Assembly: GCA_002167745.1 (NCBI GenBank)
Contig: NHCB01000016.1
Coordinates: forward strand, 6,623-70,622
Length of the DNA stretch: 64,000 nt
Direction of reading: 5' to 3'
Source of the DNA: Betaproteobacteria bacterium TMED22
GTDB lineage: Bacteria > Pseudomonadota > Gammaproteobacteria > Burkholderiales > Eutrophovitaceae
Notes under the pieces: generated by a model
Seen by the model: the letters and a program-made list of their open reading frames with translations, nothing else
What the model was told of the DNA's origin: nothing
Database searches by the model: none
Made by a program: the position numbers and the translations under genes
In this document: one piece after another, positions 33,312 through 43,890 of the stretch
Layout of the letters: the number at the start of each line of letters is the position of its first letter
Numbering within the stretch: the first letter of the stretch is position 1

Positions 33312-33532
33312 TTTTTTAACCTAATTTTTAAATGATAATTTGATTATTTTAATCGGTATGATGACGGTTTATGCGTGCCGGGACAAATTTCAGTAAAATT
33401 CAAATTTAAAATATTATCCCGTAAGCTGTGCTGTTAACCTCTCCTTCAAATGCTACCTTAGATCGTTATAAATCTTGCGGTCACGAAATACAGAAGTTAT
33501 CAAGGGGATAAATAAATCGTCGGAGATGTATT

Positions 33533-33961
33533 GTGTCAATCATGGATTTTATTTCGTCAAACATTTGGTTGGTTTTAGCCGTAATTTTAAGTGGTGGGTA
33601 TCTAATTATCCCCAAATTAATGCTGGGTGAAGCTAGCAAAAAGACGCTGGGACCCCAGGAACTGGTCCAACTCATTAATCGGCAGCATGCGACTGTGATT
33701 GATTTACGTGAGGAGAAAGAATTTGAGGGTGGGAGTATTGTTGGTTCAAAAAATTTATCCCTTGGTGTGTTGCAGGAAAGCCCCCAAGCATTAAAAAAAT
33801 ATGAAAAGCGTCCAATCGCATTAATTTGCGGCTCTGGGGCGAAATCTCGTACAGCGCAGAAATTACTCTTGAAAGAGGGGTACGATGATTTGTATGTATT
33901 ATCTGGCGGGCTAGCTGCTTGGATGCAGGCAAGTCTGCCAACGTCGCCTTCAGGCAAGTAA
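33533..33961 (+). CDS. Membrane-anchored rhodanese (YibN-like)
   Basis: N-terminal TM helix, 'VIDLRE', 'LICGSG', 'GGLAAW..ASLP'; precedes grxC-secB. Confidence 0.87.
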   Translation: MSIMDFISSNIWLVLAVILSGGYLIIPKLMLGEASKKTLGPQELVQLINRQHATVIDLREEKEFEGGSIVGSKNLSLGVLQESPQALKKYEKRPIALICGSGAKSRTAQKLLLKEGYDDLYVLSGGLAAWMQASLPTSPSGK

Positions 33962-33987
33962 GTCGTCACGAATAAGGAGAAGCTAAA

Positions 33988-34272
33988 TTGATTCATAATG
34001 CAGACGAATCGACCGCTGAGGTAATTATGTACGCTACGGATTGGTGTCCTTTCTGTGTTCGGGCCGAGAAATTGTTGATCTCGAGGGGCGCTAAAATCAA
34101 AAAAATAAATGTAGATGAGCTACCGGAGCTCCGTGCTGAAATGGTTGAGATCACAGGCAGAAGGACTGTCCCACAGATCTTTATTGGCAGTCGACATGTT
34201 GGTGGACATGACGACCTAGTTTCTCTTGATAGAGAAGGTGACCTCGATGCGCTATTAAAAAATACTGTTTGA
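33988..34272 (+). CDS. grxC: Glutaredoxin 3
   Basis: 'CPFC', 'TVPQIFI', 'GGHDDL'; start uncertain. Confidence 0.94.
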   Translation: MIHNADESTAEVIMYATDWCPFCVRAEKLLISRGAKIKKINVDELPELRAEMVEITGRRTVPQIFIGSRHVGGHDDLVSLDREGDLDALLKNTV

Positions 34273-34308
34273 GTATAATTTAAAACGAAGGCGAAAAGCG
34301 ATAAAATT

Positions 34309-34773
34309 ATGAGTGAAAACAACGATAAACCAATCTTTTCGATTGAGAAGTTATATGTAAAAGACCTTTCATTAGAGGTCCCTGGAGCCCCAGCTGTTTT
34401 TAAACAACAAGGAACTCCGAAAATCGACATTACCATGAACAATACTGCTCAGGTTATCGAAGGTGATTATTATGAAGTACTTGTGAGGGCTACGGTGACC
34501 GCGAAGATTGAAGAAGCGACTATCTTTTTGGTGGAGGCAAGTCAGGGGGCGGTGTTTCAAATCAGAAATCTCAGCGGGGAGCCATTAGAAATGACTTTGG
34601 GGATAGCCGCTCCCAACATCATATTTCCTTATCTTAGAGAAACCATATCTGAGGCTGTATCCAAAGCTGGGTTTCCGCCTGTTCTATTGCAGCCCATGAA
34701 TTTTGAAGCAGTTTATCGAGCACGAAAAGAGGAGCAATCGGCTTCTAAGGACACTGACGCAACTAAGCACTGA
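34309..34773 (+). CDS. secB: Protein export chaperone SecB
   Basis: 'IEKLYVKDLSLEVP', 'FPYLRE', 'GFPP', 'NFEA'. Confidence 0.97.
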   Translation: MSENNDKPIFSIEKLYVKDLSLEVPGAPAVFKQQGTPKIDITMNNTAQVIEGDYYEVLVRATVTAKIEEATIFLVEASQGAVFQIRNLSGEPLEMTLGIAAPNIIFPYLRETISEAVSKAGFPPVLLQPMNFEAVYRARKEEQSASKDTDATKH

Positions 34774-34829
34774 TACTTTTCTCGATTAATTTAGTGACCA
34801 CGTGCGTCAATTGAGCCGTTTATGGAGAC

Positions 34830-35819
34830 GTGATGAAGATTGCAGTCATTGGAGCAGGCTCTTGGGGAACGGCATTGGCCACTTCGTTTGGGAGGTCATC
34901 CGAAGTAAATTTATACAGCACTAATGATGAACTGGTGCTTCGTCTCCAGCAGGCCAGGGAGAATCAACGCTATCTTCCAGGAGTTGAATTGCCCGATAGC
35001 GTCCAAATCACCGATTCTTTAGTTGATGCGCTCGATGGCGCGTCGGGAATCGTGGTTGCCGTGCCCACCCGAGGTTTACGGTCAATCATTAAGGCGTGTC
35101 AAGAATTTCATGGGGAAAAGACGCCATACCTTATTACATGCAAAGGGTTTGAGGTGGGTAGTGGTTTACTGCCATTTCAGATTATTGAGGAGCTTTCACC
35201 TAAAGCCCGTTATGCGATTCTTTCCGGCCCTAGCTTTGCGAAAGACGTAGGCGAGAGGAAGCCGACGATGGTGAGCCTTGCGTCTTCAGAGGAATCATCC
35301 TCAGAGGTATTTTCAAGTTTATTGCTTAGAGGTGACGTGCGAACTTACTATAATCGCGATCTTATTGGCGTCTCGGTCGGGGGTGCGGGTAAAAATGTAA
35401 TTGCGATTGCTGCAGGTATTAGTGAAGCGTTGGGTTTCGGAGCAAGCGCTTTAGCGGGACTTGTGACGCGCGGTCTAAGCGAGATTTCCAAAGTCGGCGT
35501 TGCTTTGGGGGCTGAACCTCAGACCTTTATGGGTTTGTCTGGCATGGGGGATTTGGCGCTTACGTGTTTCAGTGATCTATCTCGTAATCGGAGATTGGGA
35601 TACGCGCTTGGTTTGGGTAAATCTCTTTTAGAGGCGGAAAAGGCGTTGGGTCAAGTGGCTGAGGGCATTAATGCGGCGAAAGAGATCAAGGCGCTAGCTA
35701 ACGGACAAAAAGTAGAGGTTCCAATAACTACGGCTGTGACGAGGATTTTATCCGGCGACATATCACCGTATGATGTTGCTAAGGAGTTATTTGCGCGGTC
35801 TCCTAAATCAGAAATTTAA
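34830..35819 (+). CDS. gpsA: NAD(P)H-dependent glycerol-3-phosphate dehydrogenase
   Basis: 'GAGSWGTALA', 'SGPSFA', 'KNVIAIA', 'GDLALTC..SRN'. Confidence 0.95.
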   Translation: MMKIAVIGAGSWGTALATSFGRSSEVNLYSTNDELVLRLQQARENQRYLPGVELPDSVQITDSLVDALDGASGIVVAVPTRGLRSIIKACQEFHGEKTPYLITCKGFEVGSGLLPFQIIEELSPKARYAILSGPSFAKDVGERKPTMVSLASSEESSSEVFSSLLLRGDVRTYYNRDLIGVSVGGAGKNVIAIAAGISEALGFGASALAGLVTRGLSEISKVGVALGAEPQTFMGLSGMGDLALTCFSDLSRNRRLGYALGLGKSLLEAEKALGQVAEGINAAKEIKALANGQKVEVPITTAVTRILSGDISPYDVAKELFARSPKSEI

Positions 35820-35836
35820 CTTGTTTGCTGGCTTAA

Positions 35837-36301
35837 TTATTGGTGACCATCAAATTCTAGTTGGCGCCATGCTTCGAACACAGCAATAGATACTGTATTT
35901 GATAAATTTAGGCTTCTGCTGGAGTGTTTCATTGGGATGCGAAGCTTAAGATCTTGTGTAAACTCTTCCAGAACGTTTTTAGGAAGACCTCGTGTTTCCG
36001 GTCCAAATAATAAACAATCTCCTGATTTAAAGTGAAAGTGGTCATATCTGCTTGAGCCCTTGGTTGTGAATGCAATGACCCTTGAGCCTTGATGGTCAGA
36101 TCGCCATAGGCTCCAATTTTTGTATTTCCGTATTCTTGCGAATTCGTGGTAGTCAAGACCAGCCCGAATAAGGGCTTTGTGGTCCCAGTGAAATCCTAAT
36201 GGCTCTATAAGATCCAGGGTGCATCCAGTGTTCGCGCACAGACGAATGATATTACCTGTGTTTGGAGGTATTTCAGGTTGATATAAGATTATGTGAAACA
36301 T
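35837..36301 (-). CDS. trmL: tRNA (cytidine/uridine-34) 2'-O-methyltransferase
   Basis: 'PEIPPNTGNI.R', 'RAGLDY', 'FGPETRGLP', 'RSLNLSN'. Confidence 0.96.
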   Translation of the reverse strand: MFHIILYQPEIPPNTGNIIRLCANTGCTLDLIEPLGFHWDHKALIRAGLDYHEFARIRKYKNWSLWRSDHQGSRVIAFTTKGSSRYDHFHFKSGDCLLFGPETRGLPKNVLEEFTQDLKLRIPMKHSSRSLNLSNTVSIAVFEAWRQLEFDGHQ

Positions 36302-36453
36302 GACTATACTTATGGTGTTAATAGATAACGTTATTAGATGTTTGTTTTTTTTGTAAATCTGTATTTAACTTTCAATACAACATGCCATATCCGCTCATAG
36401 TAATGATTGATTGGTGCTGAGGTGTGTTGATAATCAAGTGTATAGGAGAATAT

Positions 36454-37455
36454 GTGAGCGTGGAGCCTTTAGAAATTCATTTAAGTAGTCCTCCGTCTTT
36501 CGTTAACAACGATAAATGGACTGCGCAGGCGATCAAAAAATTATTTGAAAAACCCTTCATGGACCTGTTGTTCGATGCGCATAAGACTCATCGGGAACAC
36601 TTCAAACCCAACGCGATACAATTGTCGACATTGGTTTCAATTAAGACTGGCGGCTGTCCTGAGGACTGCGGTTATTGTCCACAATCGATCCGTTTTAATA
36701 CTGGCGTTGTTGATGATGATTTAATGAAACTAGAGGATGTCGTTGAAGCAGCGAGTCTCGCAAAAGCGAACGGCGCTAGCCGTTTTTGTATGGGAGCGGC
36801 CTGGAGAGGCCCTAAAGATAAAGATGTAGCTAAAGTTGCCGAGATGGTTGCGGCAGTTAAATCTCTTGGATTAGAAACTTGTGCCACGTTGGGATTACTC
36901 AAAGATGGTCAAGCTGAAGTGCTTAAAAATGCGGGTCTAGATTATTACAATCACAATATAGATACTTCATCTGAACATTACGAGGAGATTATTTCGACGC
37001 GTACACAAGATGATAGACACGTTACGCTTCAGCGTGTAAGAAATGCGGGCGTTTCCGTTTGTTGCGGCGGAATAATTGGGATGGGAGAGTCTCGCGATGA
37101 CCGGGCGGACATGATTGCTCAATTAGCAAATATGGATCCTTATCCTCAAAGCGTACCCATTAACAACTTGGTTAAGGTGCCGGGAACGCCAATGGCTGAT
37201 GTAGATGGTATTGATCCCATAGAGTTTGTTAGAACGATTGCCGCTGCGAGGATTTCGATGCCTAAAGCTATGGTTCGTTTGTCAGCAGGCAGAACAGACA
37301 TGTCAGATGAGATGCAAGCGCTTTGTTTTTATGCTGGCGCTAATTCAGTTTTCTACGGTGAAAAGTTATTAACTACCCCAAATGCAACGGCTTATGGGGA
37401 TGATGAGCTATTCGAGCGCCTCGGATTGGTTCCGGGCGATGATGTCGCACTTTGA
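36454..37455 (+). CDS. bioB: Biotin synthase
   Basis: '[11 protein letters not shown]', 'RFCMGAAW', 'YNHNID'; GTG 36454 after AGGAGA. Confidence 0.97.
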   Translation: MSVEPLEIHLSSPPSFVNNDKWTAQAIKKLFEKPFMDLLFDAHKTHREHFKPNAIQLSTLVSIKTGGCPEDCGYCPQSIRFNTGVVDDDLMKLEDVVEAASLAKANGASRFCMGAAWRGPKDKDVAKVAEMVAAVKSLGLETCATLGLLKDGQAEVLKNAGLDYYNHNIDTSSEHYEEIISTRTQDDRHVTLQRVRNAGVSVCCGGIIGMGESRDDRADMIAQLANMDPYPQSVPINNLVKVPGTPMADVDGIDPIEFVRTIAAARISMPKAMVRLSAGRTDMSDEMQALCFYAGANSVFYGEKLLTTPNATAYGDDELFERLGLVPGDDVAL

Positions 37456-38294
37456 ATCAAATGAAGGGACGCGTTAGAGCTAAGATAAATTATTGTTTTA
37501 CCCGTTCTGATTATCAGATTTTTTTATATGATGAGGTAGCGAAGCGTTTAAATGAACGTTTGGATGTTATTACAATAGAGCCAAACGTGGTGGTGGCGTC
37601 AGGTTTCGGAGAAGATTGTCTTGAAAAAATATTTCCTGGTGCGTCAAGAATTACGAGAATAGATTTTGCTCACTCTCGTATGCTTGTGCGCAAAATCAAG
37701 AGTCGATTCAGGCTACCCTGGGGGCCTAAGTTAGGGTATTTGTGTGGGGATCTCAGCGCGTTACCTTTGTCGTCGGCCTCCGTTGATTTGTTCTACTCAA
37801 ATCTGGATATACCGTTTTTCGATGGATGTGATGAATTAGATCAGCTATTAACAGAGGTTTATCGTGTGTTGAAACCGGGTGGTTTGTTTATTTTTTCTTC
37901 TTTAGGTCCAGATACTTTAAAAGAACTGAGGCCAATCGAGGGTATGCGAGGACTGCGCTTGTGTCGTCACATGGATATGCATGACCTTGGAGACCGCATT
38001 GTTGAGTGTGGATTTGCAGATCCGGTTATGGAGATGGAAGAGTTAAAGTTAACTTATTCCAATGTTTTGGCTTTGTTGCGGGATGCTCGTGCGCATGGGT
38101 CCGAGTCTTTTGATATTGACGATCAAAAAGGTCTGTGGGGTAAGGCAGAACTAAGACGTCTATCGGAGTATTCGAAATCAAAAAATAATGGGCAAATAAC
38201 AGCGACTACTGAGTTGGTATTTGGCCATGCGTGGTTAGCCCCGGAGAAGACTACATCTAAAGGTAAAAAAATTATTGATATAAAAGCTGTTTAG
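37452..38294 (+). CDS. BioC-like methyltransferase, divergent
   Basis: '[20 protein letters not shown]', 'DMHDLGD', 'GFADPVM' present; SAM motif I is degenerate. Confidence 0.8.
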   Translation: MNQMKGRVRAKINYCFTRSDYQIFLYDEVAKRLNERLDVITIEPNVVVASGFGEDCLEKIFPGASRITRIDFAHSRMLVRKIKSRFRLPWGPKLGYLCGDLSALPLSSASVDLFYSNLDIPFFDGCDELDQLLTEVYRVLKPGGLFIFSSLGPDTLKELRPIEGMRGLRLCRHMDMHDLGDRIVECGFADPVMEMEELKLTYSNVLALLRDARAHGSESFDIDDQKGLWGKAELRRLSEYSKSKNNGQITATTELVFGHAWLAPEKTTSKGKKIIDIKAV

Positions 38295-38445
38295 TGGCCT
38301 TAATTCAGACCTCTAATGTAATTTAGTTCCGCTTCCAATGTTTGTTCTTGCGGGTTGAAAAATTCGTATGGTAAAGTCGATTCGGCGATGAAATGAAAAG
38401 CGTTTCAGACCTCATAATTTTTTAGTTTTGTAAGATGGTGACACT

Positions 38446-38922
38446 TTGGAAGATGTAATTAAAAACGTCGTAGAAAATCAGCCGAAGATCATAATGCGGA
38501 GACATAAGTCTGCTCGGTCTTCAGTGAAAATTGTTTTCCTATGTTTAGGAGCCGTAACGATGTCGATTGCTGTTGGCTTTGCGGCGTATGGTTTATGGCT
38601 TGTATTGCCCTACGCTGGCTTAGAATGCCTCGCCCTTGCATTGGCGTATTTTTGGCTAAAAAGACAGGCTAACGATTTTGAGATGATATATCTGAAGAAC
38701 GATCAAATTATTGTTGAGTCCAGCTTTTCTGGGACGCGCCAAAAAGTAGCATTCAGTCGATATTGGATCCAAGTTTCCATAGAGCAACTTAAAGCGAATA
38801 GGCTAAAAATTTTTGTGGGGTCGCATGGTAACCGGCTCGAAGTTGGCAGACTTTTACCGTCGGCTAAAAAAAGAGATCTGATGAATCGAATCAAATTGTT
38901 AATTGATGTCCAATCATTTTGA
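38446..38922 (+). CDS. DUF2244 membrane protein
   Basis: 'GLWLVLPYAGLE', 'SHG..LEVGRLL'; precedes coxB. Confidence 0.82.
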   Translation: MEDVIKNVVENQPKIIMRRHKSARSSVKIVFLCLGAVTMSIAVGFAAYGLWLVLPYAGLECLALALAYFWLKRQANDFEMIYLKNDQIIVESSFSGTRQKVAFSRYWIQVSIEQLKANRLKIFVGSHGNRLEVGRLLPSAKKRDLMNRIKLLIDVQSF

Positions 38923-38978
38923 TTTTTTAGGTTAAAATGACGTTTTTTACGACTATTAAAAGTACGTTGGGGGGAAGC

Positions 38979-40100
38979 ATGAAAAGCTCATTTAGTGCGC
39001 GGGCACTTGGTATCATTATGGCGTTTTTGCCAGCTATCGCGGTGGCCGAGTGGAATCTGAATTTTACGCCTGCAGTGACGTTACTAGGTGAGGAAATACA
39101 AGCGATTCACAATTTGGTGATGTGGATCATCGTAGGTATTTCTATTGTAGTTTTCGGTGCCATGTTTTGGTCTATTTTGAAGCACCGTAAGTCGGTTGGT
39201 CACAAAGCGTCGAACTTTCATGAGAATACGACGATTGAGATCATTTGGACTGTTATTCCGGTCGTGATCTTAATTGCGATGGCTTTTCCCGCAACTCGTT
39301 TATTGCTAGCCACCCGAGATTCATCAGCGTCAGATATGACTATTAAAGCAACTGGCTACCAGTGGCGGTGGGGTTATGAGTATATCGATGAAGGCGTGAA
39401 ATTTTATAGCACGCTCGCGACGCCTCGGAATCAAATTGATGGTGGAGCGGAAAAAGAGAAGACATATTTGTTAGAGGTAGATAACAAGGTTGTAGTGCCT
39501 GTGGGCAAGAAGGTACGTATTTTGACGACTTCGAATGATGTTATTCATGCTTGGTCAGTTCCTGGTCTTGCCGTGAAGCAAGATGCCATTCCTGGCTTTA
39601 TTCGAGATATTGCATTTAAAGCTGAAACGATAGGAACTTATCGTGGTCAATGTTACGAGCTTTGCGGTAAAGAACATGGATTCATGCCAATTGTTGTGGA
39701 AGTTGTGAGCGAAGAAGATTATCAAACTTGGATGCAAGCCAAATTAGCTGAGTCAGGTGTTCCATCTTTCGATCCAGATAAAGAATATGCGGTGGCAGAA
39801 TTAGTCGCTGCTGGTGAGCAGGTTTATAACGCCAATTGTATTGCTTGCCATCAAGAGGGTGGCGTGGGTATGCCCCCTACGTTTCCAGCGATTAAGGGAG
39901 GTAAGATTGCTACCGGTTCGATGGAAGGGCATCTTGATATCATTTTAAACGGTAGCGATAAGAACCCTATGATGGCAGCTTGGGGACCGATATTATCGGA
40001 TTACGATATTGCGGCGGTGATTGCATATCAGAGAAATGAAATTAATTCGAGCGGAGATATTATTCAACCAAGCGAAATATCGGCTGTGAGGGCAGAGTAA
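38979..40100 (+). CDS. coxB: Cytochrome c oxidase subunit II with fused cytochrome c
   Basis: CuA motif 'DVIHAW...CYELCGKEHGFM'; C-terminal CxxCH 'CIACH'. Confidence 0.96.
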   Translation: MKSSFSARALGIIMAFLPAIAVAEWNLNFTPAVTLLGEEIQAIHNLVMWIIVGISIVVFGAMFWSILKHRKSVGHKASNFHENTTIEIIWTVIPVVILIAMAFPATRLLLATRDSSASDMTIKATGYQWRWGYEYIDEGVKFYSTLATPRNQIDGGAEKEKTYLLEVDNKVVVPVGKKVRILTTSNDVIHAWSVPGLAVKQDAIPGFIRDIAFKAETIGTYRGQCYELCGKEHGFMPIVVEVVSEEDYQTWMQAKLAESGVPSFDPDKEYAVAELVAAGEQVYNANCIACHQEGGVGMPPTFPAIKGGKIATGSMEGHLDIILNGSDKNPMMAAWGPILSDYDIAAVIAYQRNEINSSGDIIQPSEISAVRAE

Positions 40101-40154
40101 ATTTTTAATTTGTATTAATCAAAATGAAGTGAGATTCGGTTAAGGAGAATCAAA

Positions 40155-41732
40155 ATGGAAGCGGTACACGATCATAGTCACGACCATCACGTGCCAACCG
40201 GCATCATGAGGTATGTCACAACAACAAACCACAAAGACATTGGCTCGATGTATTTATGGTTTAGCTTCGCGATGTTCCTTGTTGGTGGTGTGATGGCTCT
40301 TGTTATCAGGGCTGAATTATTCCAGCCTGGACTTCAGGTTGTAGAGCCTGAATTTTTTAATCAAATGACAACGCTGCATGGCTTGATTATGGTGTTTGGA
40401 GCCATTATGCCAGCCTTCGTTGGTTTTGCGAATTGGCAAATACCAATGATGATTGGCGCTCCTGACATGGCTTTTCCCAGAATGAACAATTGGAGTTTTT
40501 GGCTTTTGCCACCAGCAGGTATACTTTTAATGGGTTCGTTGTTGGCTCCTGGCGGTGCGGGTGGTGTAGGTTGGACGATGTACGCGCCTTTGACAATACA
40601 GCAAGGTATGGGCATGGATATGATGATTTTTGCGATTCATATCCTTGGGATGTCTTCGATCATGGGCTCAATTAACATTATCACTACGATTCTAAATATG
40701 AGAGCGCCTGGCATGACAATGATGAAGATGCCGCTCTTTGTTTGGACTTGGTTAATTACAGCATATCTTTTGGTTGCTTCTATGCCGGTGCTTGCTGGGG
40801 CCGTTACTATGACTCTCACGGACCGACATTTTGGCACGCATTTTTTCAATGCTGCGGGTGGTGGTGACCCCGTCCTTTATCAGCATATTTTTTGGTTCTT
40901 TGGCCATCCTGAGGTATACATCATTGCCATACCGGCTTTTGGTGTTATTTCCGAAGTGATTCCAACCTTTGCTCGTAAGCCCCTCTTCGGCTATCCATCT
41001 ATGGTTTATGCTACCGCGTCAATTGCTATTTTGTCGTTTTTAGTTTGGGCTCATCACATGTATACAGTTGGAATGCCTGTAGAGGCTCAACTTTATTATA
41101 TGTTCGCAACGATGCTGATCGCTATTCCGACGGGTGTTAAGGTATTTAATTGGGTAGCTACCATGTGGAAGGGCTCGATGTCTTTTGAGACACCAATGTT
41201 GTTTGCTCAAGGTTTTTTGTTTCTGTTCACGATCGGTGGTTTTACGGGGCTAGTGCTGGCGGTTACTCCCATTGATATTCAACTGCACGATACATATTAC
41301 GTTGTAGCCCATTTCCATTATGTGATGGTTGCCGGGGCATTATTCGCTGCTTTTGCGGGGGTTTATTATTGGCTACCGAAGTGGATTGGTAAAATGTACG
41401 ATGAGCGACTCGGTAAAATTCATTTTTGGTTGTCGTTGATATTTTTTAACATCACCTTCTTCGTGCAGCACTTCCTCGGTTTGGCTGGTATGCCGCGTCG
41501 TATTCCGGATTATGCTCTGCAGTTTGCTGACTGGAATATGGTGTCATCAATTGGCGCTTTCGGGTTTGGTTTGTCGCAAGTCTTCTTTTTGTACATTCTA
41601 CTTAAAGCGATACGTAGTGGAGAAAAAGCACCAGAGAAACCGTGGGACGGCGCATCAACGCTTGAGTGGACTCATCTACCTACTCCGGCGCCCTATCACA
41701 GCTTTGAAACACCACCAGATTTGAGAAATTAA
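40155..41732 (+). CDS. coxA: Cytochrome c oxidase subunit I (A1 type)
   Basis: 'TTNHKDIG', 'FGHPEVY', 'WAHHM', 'AHFHYV'. Confidence 0.98.
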   Translation: MEAVHDHSHDHHVPTGIMRYVTTTNHKDIGSMYLWFSFAMFLVGGVMALVIRAELFQPGLQVVEPEFFNQMTTLHGLIMVFGAIMPAFVGFANWQIPMMIGAPDMAFPRMNNWSFWLLPPAGILLMGSLLAPGGAGGVGWTMYAPLTIQQGMGMDMMIFAIHILGMSSIMGSINIITTILNMRAPGMTMMKMPLFVWTWLITAYLLVASMPVLAGAVTMTLTDRHFGTHFFNAAGGGDPVLYQHIFWFFGHPEVYIIAIPAFGVISEVIPTFARKPLFGYPSMVYATASIAILSFLVWAHHMYTVGMPVEAQLYYMFATMLIAIPTGVKVFNWVATMWKGSMSFETPMLFAQGFLFLFTIGGFTGLVLAVTPIDIQLHDTYYVVAHFHYVMVAGALFAAFAGVYYWLPKWIGKMYDERLGKIHFWLSLIFFNITFFVQHFLGLAGMPRRIPDYALQFADWNMVSSIGAFGFGLSQVFFLYILLKAIRSGEKAPEKPWDGASTLEWTHLPTPAPYHSFETPPDLRN

Positions 41733-41739
41733 GATTATT

Positions 41740-41783
41740 ACACTTGATGTGTGACGATGCTGGTGTCGTCACACATCAAGTGT
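41740..41783. repeat. Perfect 18-bp inverted repeat after coxA
   Basis: ACACTTGATGTGTGACGA-N8-TCGTCACACATCAAGTGT; no U-tract. Confidence 0.9.
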
Positions 41784-41815
41784 GATTAGATATTAAAAAG
41801 ATAACGACTAAAATA

Positions 41816-41908
41816 ATGACCAAAAATAAAAAGACTGCGTTGATATTAGCTACTGTAGCGTTGGCGTTTTTCTTTGGCTTTATTATTCGCCGTGCGGTAT
41901 TCCAATGA
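41816..41908 (+). CDS. Cytochrome oxidase small assembly protein (30 aa, not in ORF track)
   Basis: MTKNKKTALILATVALAFFFGFIIRRAVFQ; single TM helix; ATGA overlap with ctaG; usual position in betaproteobacterial cox clusters. Confidence 0.8.
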   Translation: MTKNKKTALILATVALAFFFGFIIRRAVFQ

Positions 41909-42486
41909 AGACCACTGAACTAGATAAACAAAATAGCCATATGTTGCGTAAACTTATAGTGGTTGCGCTGGTTATGTTTGCCTTTGGGTACGCATTGGTG
42001 CCGCTCTACAAAAAAATCTGTGAGGTTACCGGCGTCTATGATTTGATTAAGCCTGATGAAATTGTGAATACACAGGTAGATGAAACTCGAACAGTTATGA
42101 TGGAGTTCGATGCGAATACGCGTAGCGAAATAGGCTGGGAAATAATCCCTCTCGACGTGAGAATGAATGTTCATCCGGGTGAATTAGTACACGCAACATT
42201 TCGCTTGACGAATCCAACCGATATGTCCTTCGATGCGCAAGCGATACCAAGTTACGGACCGCAGCACGCTGTGCAGTATGTGAAAAAGCTTGAGTGTTTT
42301 TGTTTCACGCAGCAAAAAATTAATGCTGGTGAAACTCGAGAATTTTCGGTCGTATTCGTCATAGACCCAAGCTTGCCGTCAGACGTTGGGACGATCACGC
42401 TCTCTTATACGATGTTTGAAATAGAGGGCACAAAGAATTTGGGAAATCAGGCCTTCAATCCCGATATTCATGAGGGTAAGTCGTGA
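41905..42486 (+). CDS. ctaG: Cytochrome c oxidase assembly protein CtaG/Cox11
   Basis: 'ALVPLY..IC.VTG', 'KLECFCF', 'TLSYT'. Confidence 0.95.
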   Translation: MKTTELDKQNSHMLRKLIVVALVMFAFGYALVPLYKKICEVTGVYDLIKPDEIVNTQVDETRTVMMEFDANTRSEIGWEIIPLDVRMNVHPGELVHATFRLTNPTDMSFDAQAIPSYGPQHAVQYVKKLECFCFTQQKINAGETREFSVVFVIDPSLPSDVGTITLSYTMFEIEGTKNLGNQAFNPDIHEGKS

Positions 42487-42677
42487 GCCTCTCTTTGAGA
42501 GCCTCGTTGCAGGCAGTGCGTGCTGTTTTCTGTGCATTTACCGGTATCGGGAAACGGCAAGATTTAGAGCAACATGCGAGCATGCTTAGGCCACAACATG
42601 TCATTATTGCTGGATTGTTATGTGCAGCAGTTTTCGTGGCTGGCGTAGTCACATTGGTCAATGCCGTTGCTAATTAG
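42483..42677 (+). CDS. DUF2970 small membrane protein
   Basis: 'AVFCAFTGIGKR.D', 'L.P.HVIIAG'; between ctaG and coxC. Confidence 0.8.
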   Translation: MSLSLRASLQAVRAVFCAFTGIGKRQDLEQHASMLRPQHVIIAGLLCAAVFVAGVVTLVNAVAN

Positions 42678-42741
42678 GTCGGATTTTAATACGTTTAAGT
42701 CAAAAATTTTAAAAAATCAAATTACTAAAGGGGAATAAACA

Positions 42742-43593
42742 ATGAGCTCGCAATCCGGTGGGTACTATTTGCCAGAACCGTCTCGTTGGCCGATAGTCGG
42801 TTCAATTGGACTCTTTTTCTTGGCGTTCGGGGCTGTTTTAACTATGAACGCCGTGTCGGGTGGTTGGTATGTGGTGCTGGTAGGCGCCCTGGTCATGACC
42901 TATATGTTATTCGGGTGGTTTGGAACCGTTATTGGGGAAAGTGAGTCCGGGAAATATAATAAGCAGGTAGATGTTTCTTTTCGCTGGTCGATGAGCTGGT
43001 TTATCTTCTCGGAGGTCATGTTTTTTGCCGCTTTTTTTGGCGCACTCTTTTACATGAGGGTCTTATCGGTTCCCTGGTTGTCAGATGCTGAGACGGGATC
43101 TTTACTTTGGGATGGATTTGTTGCTGGCTGGCCAACGGACGGTCCGGGAGTAGAGAGCAAGTTTACACCGATGGGCGCGTGGGGGCTTCCGGCAATTAAT
43201 ACAGCATTACTCTTGACCTCTGGGGTCACTATTACTGTCGCTCACTGGGCCTTGAAGGAGGGCAAACGAGGGTTATTAAACTGGTTTATGTTCCTGACTA
43301 TTGCTTTGGGCGTTTTGTTTCTGGGTTTGCAAGTTCTGGAGTATATACATGGATATCGTGATCTGGGTTTGACACTTGAGAGTGGTGCTTATGGTGCGAC
43401 GTTTTACATGCTAACCGGGTTTCATGGTTTTCACGTTACACTCGGCACGATCATGCTGATAGTGATTTGGTTGCGCGGAGTAAAAGGGCATTTTAAACCA
43501 GAAGCCCATTTTGGCTTTGAGGGCGTAGCATGGTATTGGCACTTTGTGGATGTTGTCTGGTTGGGTTTATTTATCTTCGTATATTGGCTATAA
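42742..43593 (+). CDS. coxC: Cytochrome c oxidase subunit III
   Basis: 'FIFSEVMFF', 'NTALLLTSG', 'TGFHGFHV', 'WYWHFVDVVW'. Confidence 0.97.
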   Translation: MSSQSGGYYLPEPSRWPIVGSIGLFFLAFGAVLTMNAVSGGWYVVLVGALVMTYMLFGWFGTVIGESESGKYNKQVDVSFRWSMSWFIFSEVMFFAAFFGALFYMRVLSVPWLSDAETGSLLWDGFVAGWPTDGPGVESKFTPMGAWGLPAINTALLLTSGVTITVAHWALKEGKRGLLNWFMFLTIALGVLFLGLQVLEYIHGYRDLGLTLESGAYGATFYMLTGFHGFHVTLGTIMLIVIWLRGVKGHFKPEAHFGFEGVAWYWHFVDVVWLGLFIFVYWL

Positions 43594-43607
43594 AATTCAT
43601 TGACATT

Positions 43608-43649
43608 TTAATAAAACCCATCCGTCTTTAGGCGGATGGGTTTTATTAA
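43608..43649. terminator. Bidirectional rho-independent terminator
   Basis: AATAAAACCCATCCG...CGGATGGGTTTTATT between convergent genes. Confidence 0.88.
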
Positions 43650-43843
43650 AGTCCAGAGGGTGGAATTATTCCAAAATAAGATCCGGCCATCAGCAGAACA
43701 AAAAGAATAACAGATAGTCCGATCCTAATTGTTAAAGCTTTAATGGTGCCGTCTGAGTTGCCTTGGTTTCTCACCATATAGACGAGTGCTGAAGCTAAGC
43801 TACCGAATATTGCAACCAAAAATAGAATCACGATTATTTTCAT
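43646..43843 (-). CDS. Twin transmembrane helix small protein (DUF2909/HIG1-like)
   Basis: 'SLASAL.YM', 'KALTIRIGLS'; divergent from SURF1. Confidence 0.85.
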   Translation of the reverse strand: MKIIVILFLVAIFGSLASALVYMVRNQGNSDGTIKALTIRIGLSVILFVLLMAGSYFGIIPPSGL

Positions 43844-43890
43844 GTTACTTGACCTTTAGTGTGTGATTTTTTAAATAGATACCATATAGT

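Noticed and set aside
33481-34442. Long antisense ORFs (171 and 149 aa), and similar ones across the track
   Set aside because: Shadows of well-supported genes on the opposite strand, with no motifs
36351-36380. TTGTA...TACAA as a BirA operator upstream of bioB
   Set aside because: Spacing is too short and the half-sites are poor; likely chance in AT-rich DNA
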